A stretch of DNA of 63,495 nucleotides, counting the filler, from Deltaproteobacteria bacterium (GTDB lineage Bacteria > JAEEML01): NCBI GenBank assembly GCA_016283195.1. It is 7 parts of 7 records of this genome, joined end to end, with 100 filler letters (N's around TTAATTAATTAA, not from the genome) between each part and the next. Parts side by side here need not be neighbours in the genome. Positions count along the whole stretch, not along the records: positions 1 to 12,992 come from JAEEML010000155.1; positions 13,093 to 21,963 come from JAEEML010000158.1; 5 more parts are not named here. One strand, 5' to 3'. This document shows, piece after piece, positions 9,717 through 17,128 of this stretch (positions are counted from its first letter, which is position 1; each line of letters opens with the position of its first letter). The notes under the pieces were generated by a model. That model saw only the letters and a list, made by a program, of their open reading frames with translations, did no database searches and was not told the DNA's origin. The position numbers were made by a program, and so were the translations under genes.

Positions 9717-10291
9717 TCATTGGTTATTTTCTCCATCCACTAAGCATTTTATTTGTTCAGCTGTAGGTAAGATATCTGTCAGCTTTTTCAGCTCGTTTTC
9801 GTATTCAGCAACACCGAGAGGGCTTTCAAGCCCACGAAATGCCCATTCAACAACTGTGTCATCTTGGAAAGAATCACAATGTGATGTCCCCAGCCAAGTT
9901 GCGAAAAAAGCTCCGGCATTTCTAATTCGCCAACAACTTGTTGGCCAAATTCGGAGGAGGCTTTTCCCTGCTGCACAACTTGCTCATAATAGAACAAATA
10001 CCATTGGCGGGCATATTTAAGATTAGAATATGAAAGTCCCTTGCTTTCGGGAAATTCATGTTGCAAATCAACACTCAGACTCTTCAAAAAACCGCTTCCC
10101 CACGTGCTTTCCGCCTGTTTTGTCACAATATCGCGGCCAAGCGACCAATAAAAGCGCAACAGCTCACTATTGACTTTTATTGCTGCTTTAATCTGAGACT
10201 GCCGATAACGCTTTTTCAATTCTGAAAGCCATTTACGATAATCTTCGCCAATATTTTGCTTATCTCTTGTAACAAGAACTGCTCTTTTCAT
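9717..10291 (-). pseudogene. YhcG/DUF1016 protein with internal deletion of the nuclease core
   Basis: N-terminus AAIKVNSELLRFYWSLGRDI...WGSGF...LGWGHH. Out-of-frame C-terminus DTVVEWAFRGLESPLGVAEY...LPTAEQI follows immediately. Confidence 0.75.
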
Positions 10292-10294
10292 CCC

Positions 10295-10453
10295 TCACAT
10301 CTCCCGCACCATGCTCTGGGTAAACTCCACCTCTTCCTTACTTAAGTCATATTTCTTGTGCAAGCCCGTGGCGCTCCCCTCAAAACCGCAAATCCACTTT
10401 AAATACTCATCGTGCCAGGATTCCTTGTATTCGATGTTCTGACTCTCTGACAT
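10295..10453 (-). pseudogene. 52-aa chimeric mini-ORF: AlbA_2 N-terminus fused in frame to an Eco57I-like C-terminus
   Basis: Hand translation MSESQNIEYKESWHDEYLKWICGFEG-SATG-LHKKYDLSKEEVEFTQSMVREM*; GGGAG RBS. Confidence 0.65.
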
Positions 10454-10476
10454 TGTACGCTCCCTTTGTTTGTTCC

Positions 10477-10604
10477 GGGTGTTCCCCTCACTACGCCTGC
10501 CTGTCGGCAGACAGGTTCGGGTCGGGGTTTTCGGGGTTCCGCTATCGCTTCAGCCTCCTCACTTCGTTGCGGTGGCCGCTCCGCGCCCCTACAATCCCTA
10601 ACGC
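10477..10604 (+). ncRNA. Structured intergenic element resembling the Flavo-1 RNA motif
   Basis: GGGTGTTCCCCT-[hairpin]-GGGTCGGGG...CCCCTACAATCCCTAACGC. Similarity to Flavo-1 is recalled, not searched. Confidence 0.55.
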
Positions 10605-10613
10605 AATCATCAA

Positions 10614-10642
10614 TTTACAAATATCATCCTGCCAAATATAAT
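10614..10642 (+). promoter_or_regulatory. sigma70 promoter
   Basis: TTTACA-N17-TATAAT, 10 nt before ATG 10653. Confidence 0.75.
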
Positions 10643-10652
10643 ATACAAATCA

Positions 10653-11147
10653 ATGGCCAATATAATCACCGTTATCCGAATCCTTTGCAGCATCGCATTA
10701 CTGTTCGTCTCACCATTCTCAAAATCATTTTACGCCCTGTACATCACAGCCGGTCTCTCAGATATGCTTGACGGACCAGTTGCGCGGAAAACCGGAACCA
10801 CCAGCACCTTCGGTTCCAAACTTGATTCAATCTCAGATATCATCTTTGTAACAGCCAGCCTCATAAAATTGCTCCCCATCCTGAACATTGAAAAATGGCT
10901 TTACGTATGGATCTCGCTCATCGCAGTAATCAAGGTCATCAATATTGTGTCCGCGCTGATAATGTATAAAAGAATCATTTTCCTTCATACTATCTTGAAT
11001 AAAATTACGGGCCTGTTAGCTTTCATCCTACCTTTGCCCCTTCCAATTCTTGACCTTCGTTATTCAGCTCTCATCGTCTGCACAGTAGCCACAATCGCCG
11101 CCATTCAGGAAGGGCATTATATACGAACTGGAAATATATTAAAATAA
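10653..11147 (+). CDS. CDP-alcohol phosphatidyltransferase family protein (PgsA-like)
   Basis: NIITVIRI and DMLDGPVARKTGTTSTFGSKLDSISD signature. Confidence 0.9.
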   Translation: MANIITVIRILCSIALLFVSPFSKSFYALYITAGLSDMLDGPVARKTGTTSTFGSKLDSISDIIFVTASLIKLLPILNIEKWLYVWISLIAVIKVINIVSALIMYKRIIFLHTILNKITGLLAFILPLPLPILDLRYSALIVCTVATIAAIQEGHYIRTGNILK

Positions 11148-11150
11148 AAC

Positions 11151-11200
11151 TTGACAATTAAGAAATTACTTAAGATAATTATTTCGTAAAATATTACGAA
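11151..11200 (+). promoter_or_regulatory. Toxin-antitoxin promoter with palindromic operator
   Basis: TTGACA-N17-GATAAT (11151-11179); ttcgtaa-aata-ttacgaa (11183-11200). Confidence 0.7.
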
Positions 11201-11214
11201 TGTTAGAGGTGCGT

Positions 11215-11460
11215 ATGATATCCATTAAACCTGTTTCTGATTTACGAAATTACAATGAAGTATTGCAGGATGTTGCAGATGAATCTCCTGTTTTTCTCAC
11301 AAAAAATGGAAGAGGTTCTTACGCTGTTATCACAATAAAAGATTACGAAAGGTTAACTGCCACGAAAACTCTTTTCACAGAACTTAAAAAAGGAGAAGAT
11401 TCAGCTGCAAAAAATGGTTGGTTGGATCCAGCTGATGTTAGAAAAATGGTAGGTCTTTAA
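11215..11460 (+). CDS. Phd/YefM family antitoxin
   Basis: IKPVSDLRNYNEVL...PVFLTKNGRG. Start placed at ATG 11215 after GAGGT. Confidence 0.92.
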   Translation: MISIKPVSDLRNYNEVLQDVADESPVFLTKNGRGSYAVITIKDYERLTATKTLFTELKKGEDSAAKNGWLDPADVRKMVGL

Positions 11461-11774
11461 TGTTTGAAGTAAAGATTACGCCACAAGCCGCAGAAGATTT
11501 ACTCGAAATTAAAAACTACATAGAAAACGAACTTCAAAATCCTATCGCAGCACATAATGCAGTTCTAAAAATTGTAGAAACCTATGAGAACTTAGCTGAA
11601 TTCCCAGAAATAGGAATTCCGGTAGAAAGGTATGTTCTCTTTCCTACAGATTACAAATTTGTTCTTGCAAATAATTATTCGATTTTTTATAGAATTGAAG
11701 ATAAAATTGTGAGAGTTATAAGAATAATATATTCAAAACGAGATTTTGTAAGAATCTTATTTGAAGATAAATAA
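11460..11774 (+). CDS. RelE/ParE family toxin
   Basis: ITPQAAEDLLEIKNYI...LAEFPEIG...NYSIFYRI...VIRIIYSKRD; TAATG coupling to the antitoxin. Confidence 0.92.
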   Translation: MFEVKITPQAAEDLLEIKNYIENELQNPIAAHNAVLKIVETYENLAEFPEIGIPVERYVLFPTDYKFVLANNYSIFYRIEDKIVRVIRIIYSKRDFVRILFEDK

Positions 11775-11789
11775 TTGTATAATAAAAAA

Positions 11790-11921
11790 GAGCGTTCCCT
11801 CTGCTCCCTTCGGTCGCAGAGGTCGGCTGTTCCGCAGTTCCCTAACGGTCAGCCGCTTCCTTCGCTCCTTACAGTCGCTCAGTCCAGTGGCCCGCTTCGC
11901 GGCTGCTCCATAGCCTAACGC
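11790..11921 (+). ncRNA. Second Flavo-1-like structured element
   Basis: GAGCGTTCCCT-[hairpin]-AGGTCGGCTG...CATAGCCTAACGC, same end motifs as 10477-10604, with several gctcc..gtcgc internal hairpins. Confidence 0.5.
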
Positions 11922-11930
11922 GGTTAAATA

Positions 11931-11959
11931 TTTACAAATATTTTTTTGCCCCATATAAT
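11931..11959 (+). promoter_or_regulatory. sigma70 promoter
   Basis: TTTACA-N17-TATAAT. Confidence 0.75.
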
Positions 11960-12007
11960 AATTGTAAGGCGGACACCCGCATTGGGGGTGCTTTGGAGGA
12001 TAAAAAA

Positions 12008-12517
12008 ATGGAAAATAAAGCTTATCAAAGAAAAGGTGTAAGTTCAAATACTCAAGTAGGAAAAGAATTTGAAAATGAAATTTTCAATTTTTTAAAAAGG
12101 AATGGAATTTCTGTAGAAACTCAGAAAAAGGTTGAAATCGGAATTAACGCAAAAAAAGAACATGCATTTGATTTTGGAAATAATTCTATTCTTGTCGAAT
12201 GCAAATCTCAGACTTGGACAGAAACAGGTAATGCTCCTTCTGCTAAAATAAAAAATTGGTCTGATGCAATGTTTTCATTTTATCTTGCTCCAAAAAAATA
12301 TAAAAAAATATTTTTTGTTGAAATGAGTTCTAATCAGAAATATTGCAAAACTTTACTTGAATATTTTATTGACCATTATTTTTATCTTATTCCATCTGAT
12401 GTTATATTAATTGATTATTATACAAAAGAAAATAATTTCGAAGTATATATGTATGATAGTAATGCAAAAATTCACATACATAAGAATAAAGATGATTTCT
12501 TTAATTGTTTGAAATAA
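12008..12517 (+). CDS. Putative PD-(D/E)XK nuclease, very AT-rich
   Basis: GKEFE...HAFDF...LVECKS motif; GGAGG RBS before ATG 12008. Confidence 0.65.
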   Translation: MENKAYQRKGVSSNTQVGKEFENEIFNFLKRNGISVETQKKVEIGINAKKEHAFDFGNNSILVECKSQTWTETGNAPSAKIKNWSDAMFSFYLAPKKYKKIFFVEMSSNQKYCKTLLEYFIDHYFYLIPSDVILIDYYTKENNFEVYMYDSNAKIHIHKNKDDFFNCLK

Positions 12518-12542
12518 AGAATCTTTCATAAGGTTTGTAAAA

Positions 12543-12737
12543 ATGGAATATACAGAAAATAAAGAAAAAATAATTAATGATAATCTTAAATGGGCAGATA
12601 AAAATGAAATAGAAGAATTTCTGAATGATTCAAGTTTTTCAGAATGGATAGAATCTTATAAGGAACAGAAAATAACAGATCCAATTGAACAATGGATTTC
12701 ATCTGGCATTAGATTATGGAAAGAAGGTATGTTGTAA
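12543..12737 (+). CDS. Small hypothetical protein, possibly truncated
   Basis: 64 aa AT-rich ORF, co-oriented, weak AAGG RBS. Confidence 0.45.
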   Translation: MEYTENKEKIINDNLKWADKNEIEEFLNDSSFSEWIESYKEQKITDPIEQWISSGIRLWKEGML

Positions 12738-12767
12738 TCGATTTGTTGCATACATAAATATATAATC

Positions 12768-12830
12768 ACATAACAAAGAGTAAAAGCCGACAGGTAGTCA
12801 GGTTGTCTGCGGTTTAAGTAATTGTTATAT
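12768..12830 (+). mobile_element. Putative integron attC recombination site
   Basis: acaTAAC ... GTTAtat R boxes; taaaa(g)ccg / cggtttaa L-box-like arms with an extra base; 63 nt imperfect hairpin. Confidence 0.55.
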
Positions 12831-12916
12831 GTGTATTCCTTCGCAATCATTTATCTGCAAAACTATTAGACAAAACATCATATTGTGGTATAATTATCCC
12901 ATAAAGGAGTGTAATT

Positions 12917-12992
12917 ATGCCACAGATTGTTCCCATAAGAGACTTAAAGAATACGACTTCTATTTCAAATCTATGCCATGAAACCCAGGAAC
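12917..12992 (+). CDS. Phd/YefM family antitoxin, 5' fragment cut by contig end
   Basis: Hand translation MPQIVPIRDLKNTTSISNLCHETQE; AAGGAG RBS; TAGACA-N16-TATAAT with extended TG at 12867-12894. Confidence 0.75.
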
Positions 12993-13092
12993 NNNNNNNN
13001 NNNNNNNNNNNNNNNNNNNNNNNNNNNNNNNNNNNNTTAATTAATTAANNNNNNNNNNNNNNNNNNNNNNNNNNNNNNNNNNNNNNNNNNNN
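12993..13092. other. Artificial contig linker
   Basis: N44-TTAATTAATTAA-N44, with stops in all six frames. Confidence 0.98.
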
Positions 13093-13917
13093 CCCCTCGT
13101 CGCCAATGCGTTCCACTGTGTCCAAAAGATGTTTTAGAGCCATTTTAAAGCGCTCTTCCTGCGGAATATTTAGCTCATGGCCGGCTTTTAGTGCCGAGAA
13201 TATCCACGGGTTGCCCAGAGCGGCGCGGCCTATCATCACCCCCTGGCAGCCATATTCGTTCATTAGCTTTTCGGCATCGGCCACAGAGGTGACATCGCCG
13301 TTGCCGATGAGTGGCACTTTGCCATCCACTACTTTGGCTACGGCGCGAATTACTTCCCAATCGGCCGCGCCGCTATAGAATTGCACTCTGGTGCGTCCAT
13401 GCACGGTAATGGCTGCTGCGCCGCCGTCAAGCACCGCTCTCGCTACTTCCGGCGCGGTGATTTCGCCGCTATCCCAGCCGGAGCGCATTTTAACTGTCAC
13501 GGGAATACCTGGCGGAACTTTTTGTACCACTTTGGCGATAGCTGCTCCGGCTTCACTGGGGCGGCGCATCCAGGCCGCGCCGGCGCCGCTATTCACCACT
13601 TTGCGCACCGGGCAGCCCATATTGATATCTATAAGTTCGGCGCCAAGTTCTATACCGATAAGAGCTGCTTCGGCCAGAGTATCGCCATCGGCGCCAAAGA
13701 GCTGGAGCCAGTGCGGCTTTTCTCCGGGGAAAAAATGCACCATTTTGAGAGTTTGTTTGGAGCCCAAAACCAGAGCTTTGGCGCTAATGAGCTCGGTAAT
13801 AGCGGCGCCGGCGCCACATTCCTGGCAGATGCGCCTGAATACTTCATCGCTGTAGCCGGCCATGGGAGCCAGAATATAAGGGGAAGAAAAGGAAATATTA
13901 GCTATTTTAAAAGTCAC
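13093..13917 (-). CDS. dusB: tRNA-dihydrouridine synthase B (3' truncated)
   Basis: LAPMAG, QLFG, DINMGCP, VHGRT, GNGD and VMIGR motifs. Confidence 0.93.
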
Positions 13918-14042
13918 TGCCTAGGCGCTCCTATGCGTTTAATGGCTTCTCCGGACATGGCCGGGTGCTATTGCGGAAAGGCTTTTAGCATAAGTGAGGG
14001 TGGATGGCCAAGAGGGCAAAACGAAAGCCGCCGCCAGGCATA

Positions 14043-14852
14043 TTACATCGCCCCGGCGCGGGCCATCTCAATTTCATGGGCCCCGGTTAAATCAAGAACA
14101 ATTTCATCGGTGTGGCCAAATTCCCAAGTGGTGGTGCGGCCGACTATGCGGGCTTTTAAGAGCAGTTTGTCATTTTTTTGCAAACGCAGGCTCCGGAGTT
14201 TGTCGTTTAAAGCAATGCCGGCTTTAATATCGCTCATAAAGGGGCCGGTCACCCACACTTTGCCTTTGCTTACTTTGTAAACCACCAAGTTCCAGTAAAT
14301 AACGCGCCCTTTAAGTTTATTGGCATCGCGCAGGACATTGCGGAAACAGCGCTCGTCATCTATTTCGCCCTTTGGCGGTACTGGCACCGGATTACCTTCA
14401 AAATCGGCCAGCGACTTGGGCGAGAGGGCAAAAGCAATTGGCTCTATTACTACAAAAGTTTCCGGATACCCGGCCACGCGCTCATCCTGTACGAGGCCGC
14501 GCATGCGCCCTTTTACCAGCACAAAGTCGTTTTGCAAAACAGCTGTCTTGAGCACAGCCGGAGTTTTTGCCACTTTATAGCGACTTAGGGTCATGGCACT
14601 GTCAGAAAGGAGGATATCACTCTTGCCGATATGCTTGATGTAGAGCTCGCCGATTACCAGCTTACCTCGATAATTATTTGGATTTGCTACAATATCTCTA
14701 TATCTGTCGGCAAGCGGAATAGGAAAATGCACTCCGGGAATTTCCCTACTTGCATTTTGGGAGCTGTTTGCGCTATTTTGCCCCCACGCTCCGTTTGGGA
14801 GGATAAGCGTGATGATTAGTAGTAATGCTTTAGATGAAATAGTTGTTTTCAT
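14043..14852 (-). CDS. Secreted protein with two OB-fold-like repeats
   Basis: Signal peptide MKTTISSKALLLIITLILPNGAWG; repeats YRDIVANPNNYRGKLV / FRNVLRDANKLKGRVI; GAAGGA RBS. Confidence 0.65.
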   Translation of the reverse strand: MKTTISSKALLLIITLILPNGAWGQNSANSSQNASREIPGVHFPIPLADRYRDIVANPNNYRGKLVIGELYIKHIGKSDILLSDSAMTLSRYKVAKTPAVLKTAVLQNDFVLVKGRMRGLVQDERVAGYPETFVVIEPIAFALSPKSLADFEGNPVPVPPKGEIDDERCFRNVLRDANKLKGRVIYWNLVVYKVSKGKVWVTGPFMSDIKAGIALNDKLRSLRLQKNDKLLLKARIVGRTTTWEFGHTDEIVLDLTGAHEIEMARAGAM

Positions 14853-15156
14853 AACATGTCCTTCGGGCGCCGCCATGGCCGGCGATTTAGCCCATGCCCT
14901 CATAGAAAACCAGCTGGCAGCTTGTGTCAATATCATACCGCAAGTGCGCTCGGTTTATTTGTGGCAGGGTGAGGTTAACGATGATGCCGAGCAGCTTTTG
15001 GTGGCCAAGAGCCTGGCTAATAAATTTGAAGACCTCTGCGCCATGGTTAAAAGTTGCCATCCGGCAGAAGTGCCGGAAATTATCTCCATGCCTATTTCTG
15101 CCGGCCTCAAAAGCTATTTAGACTGGCTGCGTGCCGGGGTTAGCCAAGCCGCTTGA
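14809..15156 (+). CDS. cutA: Divalent-cation tolerance protein CutA
   Basis: VVFITCP...LAACVNIIPQVRSVYLWQG...HPAEVPEII...YLDWL; GGAGG RBS. Confidence 0.93.
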   Translation: MMISSNALDEIVVFITCPSGAAMAGDLAHALIENQLAACVNIIPQVRSVYLWQGEVNDDAEQLLVAKSLANKFEDLCAMVKSCHPAEVPEIISMPISAGLKSYLDWLRAGVSQAA

Positions 15157-15161
15157 TTTTC

Positions 15162-16271
15162 TTATTGCTCAATAAAAGAACTAAAACGTTGGATTATGCC
15201 GGTAAGTGGTAAGCGCTCTTTGGCGGCTCCGGATTCCCAAACTTCTTTAGGCATACCGTAAATAGTAGCTGATTCCGGCGATTCGGCATAAATAGTGCCG
15301 CCCATTTTGCTGACAGCCAGAGCGCCATTGCGGCCGTCATCGCCCATACCGGTAAGCACAGCGCCCACAAGCGGGCCAATCCAGTTAGTGGCCACACTTT
15401 CAAAAAGCATATTTACCGATGGGGCATAGCGATCAATGCTGATTGGTTGCCTTAGAACAATTGAGTAGCCGCTTTGCTTATTGCGATGCAGAGTCATGTG
15501 GTGAGCGCCAGGTGCCAAATAAATATAACCGGCTTGCAACGGCTCGCCTTGAACGGCCTCTTTTACTTCAAACGGACAGTTGTTATTAAGGCGGCGGGCA
15601 AAGGCGGCAGTAAAATTTTCCGGCATGTGCTGGGCAATGAGCATAGAGACATCAGGGCGGTGCGGAAGCGCCGATAGCAGCGTTACAAGAGCCACAGGGC
15701 CGCCGGTAGAAGCGCCGACAATAAGCAGCTTTTGCGGGCCGCTAGCAGCGCCGCTGTTAACAATTTGCTGCGCAGCTTTGGAGACAGGTGGGGCAAGCGG
15801 CTCAGGCTTTTTAAAAGAGGGCGGGGCAAAGATTTTTTTCTGCACATTGTACTGGCGGAGGCGCACTTTATAAGTGGGAATCTCCTTTATTTTAGCTACC
15901 AGCTCATTGGCGCAGCGTTTCCACGCGGACTCTTCGCCGACTTCCGGCTTCACAATAAAATCAAGAGCTCCCAGCTCAAGAGCTTGTAAAACCGATTCGC
16001 GGCGATTATCAGAGCTCACCACAATAACCGGTGTCGGTTGCTTGGACATCAAAAAACGCAAAAAAGCGAAACCGTCCAAGCGCGGCATATTAAGGTCCAG
16101 TGTGATGACATCCGGTTTGTAGAAAAGAGCCTGTTTTAGACCCTCTTCGCCATCGGAAGCCCGGCCGACTATCTCAATGGCATCGAGCTGCTCTTTTAAA
16201 ATATTGGTAATGGCTTGGCGATTAAAGGCCGAGTCATCGACAATCAGTACTTTGAGCTTTGAATCACTCAT
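15162..16271 (-). CDS. cheB: Chemotaxis response regulator protein-glutamate methylesterase
   Basis: REC domain (VDDS, DVITLDLNMP) plus GASTGG, QHM and GMGDDG catalytic motifs. Confidence 0.96.
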   Translation of the reverse strand: MSDSKLKVLIVDDSAFNRQAITNILKEQLDAIEIVGRASDGEEGLKQALFYKPDVITLDLNMPRLDGFAFLRFLMSKQPTPVIVVSSDNRRESVLQALELGALDFIVKPEVGEESAWKRCANELVAKIKEIPTYKVRLRQYNVQKKIFAPPSFKKPEPLAPPVSKAAQQIVNSGAASGPQKLLIVGASTGGPVALVTLLSALPHRPDVSMLIAQHMPENFTAAFARRLNNNCPFEVKEAVQGEPLQAGYIYLAPGAHHMTLHRNKQSGYSIVLRQPISIDRYAPSVNMLFESVATNWIGPLVGAVLTGMGDDGRNGALAVSKMGGTIYAESPESATIYGMPKEVWESGAAKERLPLTGIIQRFSSFIEQ

Positions 16272-17125
16272 TTCGCTCCCATAGGTTTGCGGTAAACCAA
16301 ATCGTTCGGCAAAGTGACCATTTCAAAATCGGTAGAAACATTTATCAGACTTTCGCTGTGACCGAGCAGCAGATAGCCGCCGCGGCGCAACTTTTTGTAA
16401 AAGAGATTTAAAAGCTGGTTGCGGGTAGCTTGATTAAAATAAATAATCACGTTGCGGCAGAAAATAACATCGCAGGGCATTACCAAAGCCGAGGTTCGCG
16501 GTTCCACCAGATTGAGGCGGTTAAAAGTGACCATATCGCGGATCTCTTTTTTTATCTCCCAAGAAGCGGAATCAACTTTAGTAAAGTAATTATCCCAATA
16601 ATATTGCGGTATGGCCCTAAAAGAACTCTGGCCGTATATACCGCGTTTGGCTTTGGCCAGCACTTTGTTGGAAATGTCACAGGCAAAAATATCGATGCGC
16701 CACCCGGCAAGAGCCCGGCAATCGGCCAGGAGCATGGCCAGGGTATAAGGCTCTTCACCGCTGGAGCAACCGGCGCTCCAAATACGCAACCAGCGGCGAT
16801 CTTGCAAAGATTCGCTGAGAATAGGCACCAAGTGGTCGCGGAAGGAGTAAAGTTGCCGCTCTTCTCTAAAGAAGTAGGTCTCATTGTTGGTGAGGTGATC
16901 AGCCAGAATTTCCATCTCTTTGCTGCCGTCTATCGGCGAATTAAGGAGATTGTAATAGGCTGAATATGACGGCAAATTGAGCTCCTCCAATCTGGAAGAG
17001 AGGCGGTGCTCAAAGAGATATTTATGCTCGTCTTCAAATGTGAGACCGGCATAACGATGGATAATATCACGCAAAAGGTGAAATTCATCATCGTTCATGC
17101 TGTAGCTGTTTGCGCCGATGAACAC
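16268..17125 (-). CDS. cheR: Chemotaxis protein methyltransferase
   Basis: ETYFFRE, IWSAGCSSGEEPYTL, IFCRNVIIYF, LGHSE. Confidence 0.96.
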   Translation of the reverse strand: MFIGANSYSMNDDEFHLLRDIIHRYAGLTFEDEHKYLFEHRLSSRLEELNLPSYSAYYNLLNSPIDGSKEMEILADHLTNNETYFFREERQLYSFRDHLVPILSESLQDRRWLRIWSAGCSSGEEPYTLAMLLADCRALAGWRIDIFACDISNKVLAKAKRGIYGQSSFRAIPQYYWDNYFTKVDSASWEIKKEIRDMVTFNRLNLVEPRTSALVMPCDVIFCRNVIIYFNQATRNQLLNLFYKKLRRGGYLLLGHSESLINVSTDFEMVTLPNDLVYRKPMGAK

Positions 17126-17128
17126 AGC

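Noticed and set aside
12993-13092. Recurrent TTAATTAATTAA palindrome in N runs (six times)
   Set aside because: Artificial contig separator. ORF ends reading XXXX-N are artefacts.
13381-14280. 299-aa ORF on the + strand
   Set aside because: Antisense shadow of dusB with no motifs.
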